Assembly: GCF_018977255.1 (NCBI RefSeq)
Contig: NW_024704743.1
Coordinates: 25,112,001 to 25,176,000 of the forward strand
Reading direction: 5' to 3'
Source of the DNA: Callorhinchus milii
Lineage: Eukaryota
Length of the DNA stretch: 64,000 nt
Every line of letters starts with the position of its first letter. The stretch's first letter is position 1. The position numbers and the translations under genes were made by a program. Under the pieces are notes generated by a model. It was given only the letters and a program-made list of their open reading frames with translations, was not told the DNA's origin and ran no database searches. Shown here piece after piece: positions 38,091-51,269 of this stretch.

Positions 38091-40154
38091 ATATTTATTA
38101 TTATATATTATACACCATTTCACTGTGGGAGGACATCTTCAAGCACTTCACAGGATTTACTGTAAGCTGTAGTGACTATTTTATGGACCATTTTGGAAAC
38201 TAATTTGCACACAGCAATGTCACAACAAAAAGATATGAAGTGAATGACCAATTTTATCTGGGGTATACTTGCCCAGGGCACTGGGAGAAACTCCCTTCTC
38301 TTTTTCAAAAGTTCTATTATTTACAGATTCCAAGAAAGCATATAAGTTGTGCTGAAGTTAATAAAGAGGTTACATGGGTGATGGGGGTTAAGATCTCATC
38401 ACACAGTATGGTATAAATGTGTCTAAATGTGTCTAAATATGGTGTATAAGATGCCACACTTCAGGCATTGTTGCCACCTTGTGAATATATATATTATAAT
38501 GAATAATAATAATCCTTACATTTGGTGAAGCGTTTTTCTCGTTAGGAGTTTGTCTCAAAATGCTTAACAGGATTTTACTATGAAGGGTAGGCATTCTGTA
38601 TTTGTAGGTGAACGTGCATAACGTAGTATCATTTCTAAAGTAGTATCATTTGATTAGAATTAAAAGTACGAATGAATTGGCGGCAGCATTTCACCCGCAA
38701 AATAGTCAGTCCAATTTACAGTATATCCTGTGCAGCACTTTTAGACACGTTGACGATGTGATAAGGCGCTATATCAAAAGAAAGGATTATTCTTATTATG
38801 AGCATCAAAGTTAGCATTGAACTTTTAGGTCATGTTGCCATTTATTATTAGTCAAGGGGTCATTATTGAATGAGTTCAGGTTGGGGAAATAGAAGTGAAC
38901 TCAGTGTTACCTACTCCATCCCTCAGTAAAAAAAACAGACTGGTTTTGAGCTATGAACAAACCTGTTCACTCACATTCAGTGCATTTCATTAATACTTTC
39001 GTCCATAGCATATACATAATAGATAATTACTAGCAAAGCATTACCGTGGCAAACACAATATATAGGCTAGAATATCAGTAGCGTATTATAAATGTGAAGA
39101 GAGAGTTGGTCTCAAGTGTGTTGGGTCTTGCAGTTTGCTTGGTCCTTACTTGATGATCTTACCAGCTTGAATCAATTGGTTGTTGGGTTAGCAGGTTGCA
39201 TGTTTAACCCTCACAGCAGACTTGGTTTGGGTTTGCATTCTGCTATATTGAGGGAGGTCTGCAATTTGGAGGTGTCATCCTTCATATCATAGAATTTAAA
39301 ATGTGGTTCCGCCTGGCTGTTCTCATAATTCTGGTGGATGATCAAGATCCCATAGTGCTGTATCAAAGAGTATTCAACTTTTCATCCAATTCATCAAAAA
39401 ACAGCCTAATTACTTATTTCATTGCTATTTGTATAGCAATGCAGCATAGATTAGCTGCCACGATTGCTAACATAACAGTCACTATACTTTGAAATAGCTT
39501 GCTTGAAGCCCTTTGAGATGTTTGGGCATAATAAGACAGATTATCAAAATGAAACTATTTATAAATTTCTGAATTGTACATATTTTAATAGAGCCACTTG
39601 CTGAGGGTCAGCACCACTGGAGTTGGGAGGGATGAAAGAATTGATGTGCTAGTTTGTGCTGACAGTCCAGCATTTTGTGTTGGATCAGGTTTGGGCAGCA
39701 AGTTTCTCTGGGATATTTAGATGAATGGGGAGACAGGATTGCTCCAGTCGTACAGTGCTCCCAGACTCTGTTCATGTTCTTTGAGTGTCCTTGTATTTTT
39801 TAATACCAAACGGGAGAATTTTTTAGTCAATTTATCAGCCGTTAACTGAGCTGAGCTTCAATGCGACAGATTTTTCACTCACAAAAATGCCCTCTTTGCC
39901 CTCAGTTGTCTGAATAATTCTGTACTGCTAAGCACATTCTAATGTGGCCTTGTCCCAATGACATGATATTGCTATGTGCAGTCTTGTAATGAGATGCCCC
40001 ATTGCTGTTGCAGTTTTAAAGCAGGTTTAATGTACTCTTCACGTTGAATCAGCACTGAGAGTATCTGGTTTAGGGGCAACAAATTGATTTTGGTTTAGGG
40101 GCAACAAAGAAATTTTGAGGCTAAGACCATGAAGATTTTGGGGCACTGCTTGCT

Positions 40155-40880
40155 CATTGTCTCCCAACGAATTGATTTAATGGTCCTCACCCTTACCTAT
40201 AAATACCTTCACACCCTGGCACCTCGCTATTCTTCTTCTACCCCATTCTTCTGGTGATCCCCTCCACCCAGGAAACTTTTGTATCCCTGCCCCTCCTGCC
40301 CCACTATTGGTGGCCGAGCCATCAGCAGCTACTCCCCTCTCTATTTTTAAATCCCGCCTAAAAAACTACTTCTTTGTCCGTGCCTATGGTGATCTCTTCG
40401 TTCCTTGCTACTACTTCCACTACTCACCTAGAAAATCATCAGCACAAAACTCCATACCCCCAACACTTCAGTCTTTACCGGGCTCCAATGGCTCCCTAAA
40501 GCAGAAAGGATTGATTTCAAGATCCACATACTCATGTACAAATCATTTCACTCCCTGGCACCTCCGTATCTCTCTGACGTGCTTGTACCCCACTCCACTA
40601 CCTGCTGCCTTCACTCAACTGATTTCAGCCTACTGGATGTTCCTCATCCCTTTCACTCCACCATTGGAGGCCGTGCTTTCAGCCACGACCCTTAAAACTA
40701 TGGAACACTCTGCCTCAGTCCCTCTGCCTTGTCCCCGTCCTTAACCACCTGACGACCTTCCTCTTCAACTGTACCTATGGTCACCTCCCCCCTCTCCCAG
40801 GCATGACACCAGCTCTGCCACTGTTCATCTCTCCAAGACGCTACCCCCACGTGAAGGGTGCTATATAAATATTGTTGTTA
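40155..40880 (+). mobile_element. Two tandem decayed L2 3' fragments
   Basis: ERIDF/YK-L-H-LAP-like segments occur twice; the second ends in gacgctacccccacgtgaagggtgctatataaat. Confidence 0.7.
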
Positions 40881-41677
40881 AAGCATTGTATTCTATTGAA
40901 ACCTTTTGTGAGCCATTCTCAAAGTGTCTTAATGATTTCCTCATATAGATGTTGTGCTATTTTGTCATTGAACCAAACCTAATCTTCTGGAATGGTAATT
41001 TTAATATGTTTGTTGCCCTTCAGCAGCATTTATAATCCATTGAACATTTGGGACAATTATCAGTACATCTTGCTAACACATTTGGCAGTGTAAATTTCAA
41101 GCTGAATACATTTGGCGATAAACTAATGAATTGTACTGGGAAGACCCAACATCATCTGATGGTGATTCACTGTGATCTAGCACATTCTTATCGTCTTTCT
41201 CTCAACTTGTTTACCATGGAGTTGTGCCAAAAAATATTTTTAGCCTGCTGGTTTATCAATATTCAAATCATTAATTACATATTCTGAGATAAGCTAATGA
41301 AACAGTCACAGAAGTGAGCTGTGCTACTAATTCAATGTGCATCCAGTTTATTGCACAGCAATGTATTAGTGCCACCCTAAACTCTCCCAGATTGTATTTT
41401 TTTGGTTTCACTGCTCCACATCTTAACCAATCACCCAGCAACCAAAAGGAGCATAAGAGCCCAAAGCCAAATACATTAAAGCCAGCGGTATGATATGATT
41501 AGTAGCTCCACACCGAGGTGGACCAAATAACTCATAAACAGACGTGTGTGCATGTGGCTCTTTGTGTTTTTGCAGATTCCATTTGAAATCTTCGCATTTT
41601 TTAAAGAAAATGTCACAATAGGACTGACTCGCTGATGCTGTAAGTTGTGAGATGAGAGTGCCAAAAACCTCACGTTC

Positions 41678-41867
41678 TAAGACTGTGGATTAATGTTTTA
41701 AAATTTAAGTTCTTGTGAATTTTGGAAAGCAGTCTTAAACTCACTCTTAATTTAAAAGCTAGTTGAAAAGAACTGTGGAAAATTGCCTCCCAATTTGATA
41801 GTGAATGTAAGACTGTTGCTAGACTTCCACACATTCTTAAATTTTAAGACAATGGTCTTAAGTCTTA
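41678..41867. repeat. Imperfect 76-bp inverted repeat (MITE-like)
   Basis: Arms 41678-41753 and 41792-41867 align without gaps as reverse complements at roughly two-thirds identity. Confidence 0.7.
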
Positions 41868-43283
41868 AAAGCATTAGAAATATGGGTTTTCTGGTATGTA
41901 ATGATGAGGTTACACTCCCCTCCTGCTGACAGTTGTGAGAGTTTTAATAATTAGTGTAATCTCCCTCTCCAGTACAATTTGGGTGTGAGAAGTAGATTGT
42001 GAAGTGATTCATGTCTTTGTTACCTCCCAACTCAACTTCGCAAATGTACTCCTCACTGTTCTCCCTCATTCCACCATCCACAATCTCCATCTCATTCAAA
42101 GAACTTTGTTGCTTGTACAAAATTCTGTATTGCTGTGTACACAAATACAAATGCAAAGATAATATATTAAAAAAATTAATAATACACTATTCACCTAATT
42201 CCACTAGCTCTCTAACTGCAAACAAATAGAAATTCAAGCTCTTGGCCAAAAGTCCCTTCATGCTCTTCCTATATCATGATTTTCTTCCATGTCCCTCTCT
42301 TCTCATTCTCCTCTGCTCTGCAAACCATTGGTGGCCAAGCCTTCAGCAAATATACCCGACCATTTGAAATGCCCTACTCCTCTGTCTCTATTTTTTAAAT
42401 CTCTTCCAAAAATTGTGCCTATAATCATTTCCAGCTCCCCATCCTTCCATGCTTGGCATCCAGCCCCACCACTGTGAAGCACTCTGCAATGTTATTCTAC
42501 ATGTAGGGTGCTACGCAAATGTAAATAGTTGATTGACAATGGAGATCTTGCACAGTGAACTTTGGCAGTACATCGATTTAGAGTATAAATATGACTTGTG
42601 CAATCACCTCAATCAAAATTAACGTCTTAAAGGCCTGGGCTCTTTAACATTAAAAGAAAAATGTGGGATCACTCAGCTCCAAACAAAAAGTGATACTGAA
42701 AGCGATGCTGTATTCCTTCGTGCCAAACAAGTGAGGCATCAGATGCACTTTCTCAATGTTGTCTTGTAGGTAGAGAGAGGCAGATGACGTAGCCTTTTTG
42801 CACAAGCTGCAGCATTGTAAAACAATTAAACTAATGGGATTTATCCTAATAAAGAGATCAAGGACATAGCATGAGCACTCGTTCGAAACATTAGGTAACG
42901 TAAGATAAGAATCAAAGATTTTCTGTCCTATATGCAGGAAAAGTTAATTTCTAAGGTTCATGATTCCTGTAATAATTTCTCTGCCGAATGAGAGGAGAAA
43001 TAAGAGCTGATGGTTCACCTAGTTATCAAACCCGATTGCCTCAGGGGCAAACAAGCGGAATAATAAGAAATTAAAGTATTTAGAAACTACATCAATGTTC
43101 CTTTCAGCAGTGAAATCTAGATTTGAATTGAGCCTAAACTATGGGATGAAAGGCTACTCTATGACTTGCATTAAGATAGTGTTCTTTTTATCTCTGTTTC
43201 TCCGTCACTTCTCTGTCCTCTCTCTTGCTTGCTCTCTCTCTCTCTCTCTCTCTCTCTCTTTATCTTCATACAAATGCAAGATA

Positions 43284-43495
43284 CGTGGAGTCTTGTAGTG
43301 TAGCGGCTAGTGCGCTCACCTCGCAAGTGAGAGACCCCGGGTTTGATTCCCGGGTGGGGCAAAAGTAGGAACCTGGTTGTTAGTCAATTGGCGGATTGCT
43401 TTCCGGGGGTATTGATTCCTCCAAATAAAAAAACAAGAATAATTTGGTCACTCAATCCATGACTGTTTGTGGGATTCTGCTGTGCGCAATTGGCA
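43284..43495 (+). mobile_element. Older tRNA SINE, 5' part
   Basis: gtggagtcttgtagtgtagcggctag...ctcgcaagtgagagaccccgggtttgattccc head. Confidence 0.8.
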
Positions 43496-44615
43496 ATTCG
43501 CATTTGATGTAACACTTTGTCACGTCAGACGTCTCAAAGTGGATCACGGGTTGCACTGTGAAGTGTAGTGACTGCCTATTCGCAGGCATACTTGACGGGA
43601 ACAAGGATTCTTGGCCCTCGTCTCCTATTAATCCTGCAGCCAAAACCCAAAGGGGTAGATATGGTAGTGCTAACCGGACAAGCAAAAGAAAGCTTCCTAG
43701 GCAGCACTTTACAGCTCTACGGTTTTAGATTATTAAACTCCAGCAGTACCTCAGGACACAGTTTGGGATCCCCAAGCTCTGGCTCTTGCCAACCTGTACC
43801 TAATACACTCCAGAATTAGATAAGCAGGATGCGCATTCCATTCCAGATGCATGGAAATTTCCACATGTAGGTGGTATTGAATACTCTAACTTGGTGATGG
43901 GTTTCCGCATGTGTCAGTCACCAAGCTGGTGTGTGGGAGGCTGGACGGATGAAGAAAGTTGTTACATTTATAGTTTGTGTGTGATCACAGGATCATGTGC
44001 AGTGCCATCACATGTGTGATGTGATTGACAGCATCAGCACTTTGTGCTGGTAAGATGTATTAAAATTCCAGCGATGCTTCTTAGCAAGTGTGAGCTCCAG
44101 TTTGGCCTCCGCACTTACTGTATAAATCCAAATATTTCATCAACTGACTTATGTGCTGGTACAGATTTGTTCTTTGTGCAGCTGATTATGTAAAACCAGC
44201 GCAAGGTTAATAAACTTTATTTTGATTATGAGGTGTACGGTTTTTATTTCAGTGAAAATAATTCATGGGAATTATCAATGAGACAGATTAATTCGGTAAA
44301 ATTTACCCAGAAACATTCTCCACATTTCCAGTGACCTCTGGTCGATCTCAATGTCAGTCCCAGCAGTGGAAAGACTTTTATTGAGTTGTTGCTGGCTGTG
44401 ACGTGTTCTATTTATATTACGTGAGTGTTTACAACTGGGAGAGAGAGAAAAAAAATTGACAAATGTTTTTGGCATCAAAGTAGCATCAAGCAAATGCTAC
44501 TTTGAAATGTGACTTTGCTTTTGGACTGCTTTTGCAGGGGAATTAGGGTGGGGGGAAAGGAGAGAGAGAGAAAGAGAAGCAAATTCTATTATGTTCTTAC
44601 TGCAGTTGAGGCACG

Positions 44616-44870
44616 TATAATAATCCTTGCATTTGATAAAGCACCTTATCATGTTTTGAGACGTCTCAAAGCGCTTCACAGGATTTACTGTGAAATGAAT
44701 TGACTGTTTATTTTGTGGGCAAAATGCAGAAGCCAATTGTGCACAGCAGTGTCCAACAAACAATCATGGATTGAGTGACCAAATTATTTCTTTTTCAATC
44801 CATTATTATCTCAGAAAGCGATCTGCCAATCGACTAACAACCAGGTTACTACTTACTGCTCGGTAAACTT
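44616..44870 (-). mobile_element. Older SINE 3' part, just upstream of the ZNRF2 exon
   Basis: Family tail, body and central segment. Confidence 0.82.
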
Positions 44871-45076
44871 ACCTCTAAACTGATCATTTCTTTGTCAGGG
44901 TTGCTCCTGCACTACAGAACACTGAGGAATTAGCAGAGCGGCTCTGATGTGCAGGAGAAATTGAGAAAAGGTGCCGTCAAGATGGCAGTAAAAGTTGCTT
45001 GCTGCTGTGTGCAAATGCATTGATATCACTGCTTTTTGCTTGGTAAAAGTATTTGTCCTATTTGTGTCGATAAAGC

Positions 45077-45112
45077 GTACTAAATTTTGTTTTGTTTATA
45101 CTTCCTATGCAG
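45077..45112 (+). promoter_or_regulatory. Branch-point-like motif, polypyrimidine tract and 3' splice site of the ZNRF2 exon
   Basis: TACTAAA about 30 nt upstream of the AG at 45111-45112, followed by a T-rich tract. Confidence 0.7.
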
Positions 45113-45208
45113 GTTTCAAGTGCCCCGTGTGCTCAAAATTTGTTTCGACAGACGAAATGGATTTGCACCTTGTGATGTGTCTGACAAAACCAAGAGTAAC
45201 CTACAATG
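45113..45208 (+). CDS. ZNRF2: Internal coding exon (probably exon 2) of E3 ubiquitin ligase ZNRF2; C2HC zinc finger
   Basis: Translates as (G)FKCPVCSKFVSTDEMDLHLVMCLTKPRVTYN. This is nearly identical to recalled vertebrate ZNRF2 (GFKCPVCSKFVSSDEMDLHLVMCLTKPRITYN) and differs from ZNRF1 (CPICSKSVASDEMEMHFIMCLSKPRLSYN). The acceptor is ttttgttttgtttatacttcctatgcAG, the donor is G|GTAAGG, and the exon is 96 nt, phase 1-1. Confidence 0.93.
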
Positions 45209-46229
45209 GTAAGGTCCGGCATTATGTCTCTATTTGTGCACTGTCAAAACTATTTATCTTATCTCAGCCAAGGCTGATTGTGACCATCGACTGAGCTGTT
45301 CAATGATGTAGAATTCCAGCTATTGAGGCTGTTGGGAATGTTGCCATTGCCTTGTAACACACTCATGCAGTACAGCCTCTGATACATGGCACAATCTTTG
45401 TGGCTTCACTGATGAAATGCTTTGGGGTGAAACAAGCAAACCCGCTTTAAAAGGAGCATCTTATAGCAGACCTGCGCTGTCGGAATACCCTCATTGATCT
45501 CCAGATGTTGAAATTGTGGTGGGGTGGGGTTTTGAAGAGAGAGAGGGGTGAATCACCCATCCAATAGGAACTGTGTTGGTGGTGTTTAGTGCTACAGTCA
45601 TTATTTTGGAATTTGCGCTGTTTTACAATGCATTCTCTGTGGTAATTATGTAATGCCTCAAATTTCACCCTTGTATAATTATTTCTCTCCTTGCAGATGA
45701 GGAATTAACTGTAATAACAATAATACTTGCATTTGATACAGCGCCTTATCACATCTTCGAGACGTCTCAAAGCGCTTCACAGAATATACTGTAAAGTTAA
45801 TCGATTGCATATTTTGTGGGCAAAACGCGGCAGCCAATTGCACACAGCAGTACTTTCTTAAAAAAAAACTTGTTGAATTGAATCTGTTTAGTGTACATTT
45901 TATTCACTGTACAGTCCCTGTAATTCAGACTCATCTTGTCTGGAATGTGATCTAGCCAGCCAGTGGACAAAAAACGTGGGTGGCTGAAGGTAACTTGAAA
46001 ATCTATGTGGCTCTCAAGAGCTACTAGGTATTGTTCAGTGAGGTGAGGTGATATTTTTAGCTCATGAGTGCTGATTTATGGCTTTCATTGAAACAAAATT
46101 GTTTCTACTGTCTTCAAAAATACAAATGCAATGGACAGAGGGATCTGTCTGGCTCTGACCTCTAGTCATTTCATCTTTGTTCACATCAAGTACACCATCT
46201 GGTACGCTGCTAAATGTTGGAAATGATAC

Positions 46230-46672
46230 CTCTAATACTTGCATTTTATCTAGAGCCTTATGTCGCAATGTCTCAAAACGCTTCACATAATGGTTGCTTT
46301 GAAATGCAGTGACAGCTTTGTAGCAAATATAGCAGCTAATCTGCAGGAGCAACATTCCACAAAGTGTGAGATGAACAACCAGTCAATTTGTTTCCGTGAA
46401 TTTGGACGAAGGAGAAATATTGACTAGAATTCCTGCTGGATTACTGAAAGAGTGCTGTGGGATCTTTAGTATTCACCTGAATCACCGAAGAGGCAGACTG
46501 CACTGCACCTTGGTTCTGTATCTCATGTGAAGGGTGGCACCTCCAACACTGCCACTCTCCCTCAGGGTTTGTTTTGGAGTGTCAGCCTAGACAATGAGCT
46601 CAAGTCCTGATGTGGGGCTTGAACCTGTAACCCACCAAATGACTCAAAGGTCTTCCGACTGAGCTCTACTGG
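46230..46672 (-). mobile_element. Ancient SacSINE1/DeuSINE-like element
   Basis: The minus strand reads gctcagtcgg...ggttcaagccccacatcaggacttgagc...ggctgacactcc...tgttggaggtgccaccctt...aaagatcccacagcact, resembling the recalled shark DeuSINE consensus. Confidence 0.7.
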
Positions 46673-47935
46673 AAGGCAGTAGAAATGAAAATATGAATTA
46701 TTTGCATGAGAAGTGCATCCTGCCGTGAAGGAATTAAGCCTATTCAAAGAGAAACTGCAATTTGTTTCAATGGTTTCAGTGACTCCTTCAGTAAAGAGCT
46801 TAAATTTCTGCCGAGTAAAGTGTGCTGCGTAGTTCGGGTTTTATTTTCTACTGTTTCTTCCTTCAGTGATGTAACCTGATCTTTATATTAATCTGCTTGG
46901 TTCAGTACGCTCAAGCCTAGGACAGCTTCTTCGATTTTTGCTGAAACCAGTTTTTGGTGTGCTTAACTGGTGTATGAAGGGGTGAACTCGGGCAGTTTTC
47001 CTCTTGCAAAGGTTACCAACATCAGATACCCAAAGCTTCTGTTGAAGAGATGTCCAAACATAAGTGTCACTTGAAACTGTGAATTGAACAGAACAGGGAG
47101 TCTCATCTGACGGTTGAAAATCCTGTAATGGAGCAAGCAGCTGTGTGTCGAGAATTTGCTTGTAAAGGGATTATAGGCGAGCTGTTGTGTGGGGCCCATA
47201 AAAGTGCCCAGTTCCTTAAGCAAATCCAAACAAAATATTCTCCCTTCAATTCAAGCTGGCTACGTTCATTGAGCAAATGAAGATGATGGAAATATTGTTT
47301 TTTTCATTTAATAATTCTACTTAGTCCACAAAACCCTGAAAGGGAAGTAGGTAGAGCTGAAGCCCCCTATTGTCGGAGAGATGGGGTGAGAGAGAAGATA
47401 ACGATAATCTTTATATTTGACAATGCAAAGAGGTTATAACATTGAAATATCTCAATGCACTTCACAGTAATAACTCAAATGTCGTGACCATGTACTTGTA
47501 GGTAAATGCAACAGCCAAGTTGCACACATCCCACAAACAATGTCCCACAAACAGCCAGGAAACTATTTTGGAGGACACTGGGAGCAACTCCCTCCTCTTT
47601 TCAAATAGTGCCATGAAATCGTTAATGCCCATCTGAACAGGCAGACAATTTAACAACTCATCCAGAGGACCTTAAACAACGCAGCACTGCACTGGAGATC
47701 AGCCAGAACTGTGAACTCAATGTAAGTTTTCCAAAATAAAAACAAAATTTGGTTGCACCCAAAATATTTTGTTAACAGAATAACATTGGATTTCAAGAGG
47801 GAAGTGGTAGGTATATGACAGATAAAGGCTTGAAGGACTATGTGGATAAGGCAGGGCAGTGGGCTTGAATGAACACCTTGCTTTGAGAGCCAGTGCAGAC
47901 TCAATGGGCCGAATAGCCTCCTTCTGCTCTGCACT

Positions 47936-50274
47936 TCATCTCCTTCCCCACCTCCACCAGATCCACCACCACCTTCTACCGGCCCTGGAAGAAGTTACCC
48001 CCACAATCACTAACCGCTGCCTTGGAGTCTTCTGAACTCTCTCCCTCTGGCCTTCAACCCTCACTGACCCCTCTTCTCCTCTCACCCTCCTCCACAACAC
48101 CCTCTCCTCCACACTTGACACTCTTGCCCCCATCACCTCCCGTACTGTCTCCTACTCTCGCTCCTCCCCCTGTTTCACCACCCACCTCCGCTCACTGAAG
48201 AGCCAGGTGCGGACCGCTGAACGCACCTGCGTCAAATCTGGCCTAATGGTCCACTGACAAATCTGGCTGGACCTCCTCAAAATCGACCGCTCCACTCTAG
48301 CCTCGGCCAAATCGTTATTCTACTCCAGGATAATCCTGGAGGCGAAGAACAACCCCAGGCTACTGTTTTCTACCACATCCCGACTCCTCCGTCCCCCCCG
48401 CCACCCCGCGCAGGTCATCTCCTCCAACCTTCACTGCGAGGAGATGCTGGATTTCCTTGAATCCCAAATCAAGGGAATTCGCTCCGCGGTCACTTCCCCT
48501 CCAACATCCACCCACCCCTCCCTCCCACACTCCGACTCCTACCCATCCTCCCCTACACACTTTCGTACCCGTTTCCCCACCCTCACCAAACTCATCCTAT
48601 CCCTGAAACCCACCACCTGCTCCCTTGACCCCATCCCCACTCCACTCCTTATCTCCCAGCTCCACCTCCTTGCCCCACATATCACAGACATCGTCAACCT
48701 GTCCCTCTCCTCTGGCTCTGTTCCCATTCCCTTAAAAACTGCCACCATCACTCCCACCTTGAAAAAACCCTCCCTTGATGCGTCGCAGCTATCAAGCTAC
48801 CGGCCCATCTCCAACCTCCCCTTCCTGTCCAAGGTCCTGGAACGAGTTGTCGCCTCCCAGCTGCGCTCTTTCCTCTCCACCCATTCATTATTCGAACCCC
48901 TTCAGTTGGGTTTCCGTGCTGCCCATAGCACAGAAACTGCCCTGGTCAAGGTCACCAATGACATCCTGACCATCTGTGACCAGGGCTCCCTCTGCCTCCT
49001 CGTCCTCCTCGACCTATCGGCAGCATTCGATACGGTCGACCACGCTATCCTCCTCCACCGCTTGTCCTCCCACCTCAACCTTCAAGGCCCTGTCCTTGAG
49101 TGGTTTAGGTCGTACCTCTCCCACCGTCTTCACTTTGTTTCCACGAATGTTTTTTCCTCCACTTCCCGCACTGTCTCGTGCGGTGTCCCTCAAGGCTCTG
49201 TACTCGGTCCCCTCCTCTTCACCCTCTATATGCTCCCCCTTGGTGACATCATCCGCAGACATGGGGTTAACTTCCACATGTATGCGGATGACACCCAACT
49301 CTACCTTTCCTCCTCTACCCTCAACTCCACGACCACCGATGTCCTGACAGCTGCCTGTCCGACATCGAGTCCTGGACGAGAGACAACTTTCTTCAGCTCA
49401 ACGTGCATAAAACTGAGGCCCTCCTGATTGGCTCACGTCAGCGCCTCCGCACCTCAGGCGCTGACAGCATCAGCATCCAAGGCTGCACTCTCCACCTCTC
49501 AAAGCCAGTCAGGAACCTCGGGGTTCTGTTTGACCCTGAGCTGTCCTTTCTCCCTCACATCCGCACTACAACTGGCACCGCCTTCCATCACCTCCGGAAT
49601 ATCGCCAGACTACGGCACTACCTCACCCCTCACGCTGCTGAAACTCTGGTCCACGCCTTTATCACCTCAAGGCTGGACTATGGGAACTCTCTCCTCGCCG
49701 GCCTTCCCGGCACCTCCCTCCACAAGCTGCAGGTCATTCAGAACTCTGCAGCTCGTGTACTGTCCCGCACCAGGCTTTGCGACCACATCACACCCACCCT
49801 CGCTCGCCTCCACTGGCTCCCCATCCCCCAGAGGATCGAATTCAAGATCCTCATCCTCACCTACAAGGCCATTCACGGCCTTGCTCCCTCCTACCTCTCT
49901 GACCTACTATCCCCCTACTTACCTGCCCGTACCCTCCGTTCCTCTGGCTCCGGTCTACTCCACATCCCCCGCCCCAATCGCCCTACCATCGGTGGCCGGG
50001 CCTTCAGCCTCTCAGCCCCGAGGCTCTGGAACTCCATCCCCCAGTGCCTTCGCCGCCTCCTCCCTTTCCTCCTTCAAGGCCGGTCTCAAGACCTTTCTCT
50101 TTGACCGTGCCTTCAGCTCCCCTCTCGACTCTCTACCCCCTCCTCGCTCCCTCCCTTCCCTCCCCTCATCCTGACCATTTCCCCCCAATGCTCTGGTCCT
50201 GACCCAACTGTACAGCGCCTTGGGACGTCCTCCCGACGTGAAAGGCGCTCTATAAATGGAATCTTGTTTTTGTT
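47936..50274 (+). mobile_element. L2-clade LINE, 5'-truncated; longest and apparently youngest copy (RT domain plus 3' end)
   Basis: ORFs 48444-49427 and 49403-50104 carry [42 protein letters not shown] (49281-49292), RLDYGNSLL and LHWLP. There are frameshifts near 49350 and 50050 and a stop near 48256. The 3' stem-loop gcgccttgggacgtcctcccgacgtgaaaggcgc is followed by a short TTG-like tail. Confidence 0.95.
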
Positions 50275-51269
50275 ATAAATTTATATGGTTCTATAAATGT
50301 CTCTGCTCAGTGGGAGCTGATCCTGACACAGCGCTGACTACAAATCCTCATTCTAGTCTGGGACAAGGCTTTTTGTTCTCCTCCCCACTCTAGGGCCCAG
50401 GTGTTGCCTTTATGCTCTCGTGACCGAAACTTTATTCGACACTCTGGAACACTGAGCAAAATCAGCTGCTTTTAGATATAATTAATCATAAAACCTGAGG
50501 GTTGGATTCCTCTCTATTTATTCTTTGTTTAGATTAAAGAGTTGGAGTTTCAGCATTGCCCTGAGATTCAAACTGAAGTGTGAGAGCAATGCCTTTGTTT
50601 CAGAGTCTTCATGCCAGCAACAACAAGGCTGTGGATCCTTACATGATCTCGTTTTACCCGTGCAATGCAGGCTTCAGAGATTGTCACACACCATGCACTC
50701 TCTCCTTGTTTTACCTTCAAATGTACCACGAGGGTTTCGCGAGGGTGGCATCCTAGAGAACGCACAGAACTTAGAGAAAGGCCTGGTTCATTTAAAATAA
50801 ATGATTATTTAAAAAAAAAATGCTTGTTGGGAGGAAAGAAATCATAAATAGAGCCTTGTACCAAAAACACCCTGGGGCATAAAGTAGACTTGCTTCAGGA
50901 ACCTAAGTAGATTTGCTTCAGTTTTCCTGACTCAGGAAAACATTGATCCCAAACTATCGCAAGTTGAAGCTGAGTAGTTATGGATGGCATATTGTACATG
51001 GAGAGCTTCCCCTATAAGTGCTTTCTCAGCCCCATTGCCAATGGAGTTCACCCCGCAATCTCCCCATCAGTGCAGCTTGTGTGCAGAATTAACATCTGCT
51101 TCTAACATTAATTAATTCTTAGATCAACCTGTGGTGTGGTGTGCAGGTATAATAGCCTCTGGGAGCCTGATTGGTTAAATCCCCGCTCAGTATAATATTA
51201 AGCCTTATGGACCAGAGGTTGCAGATTCAGTTCTATTTCTGTGATGAGTTATTAGATCTGAGCTCTACT

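Noticed and set aside
40066..40108. Telomere-like or regulatory repeat (tggtttaggggcaacaaa x2)
   Set aside because: It is only a two-copy micro-duplication with a 25-bp period, not (TTAGGG)n.
44899..44970. Possible 72-nt cassette exon upstream of the ZNRF2 exon (ctttgtcAG...AAG|GTGCCG)
   Set aside because: The donor is weak, there is an in-frame TAG in phase 1, and no homology is recognised; unsupported without RNA data.
44995..45294. 99-aa ORF as a stand-alone gene
   Set aside because: Only 45113-45208 is ZNRF2-like and bounded by splice sites; the flanks are intronic read-through.
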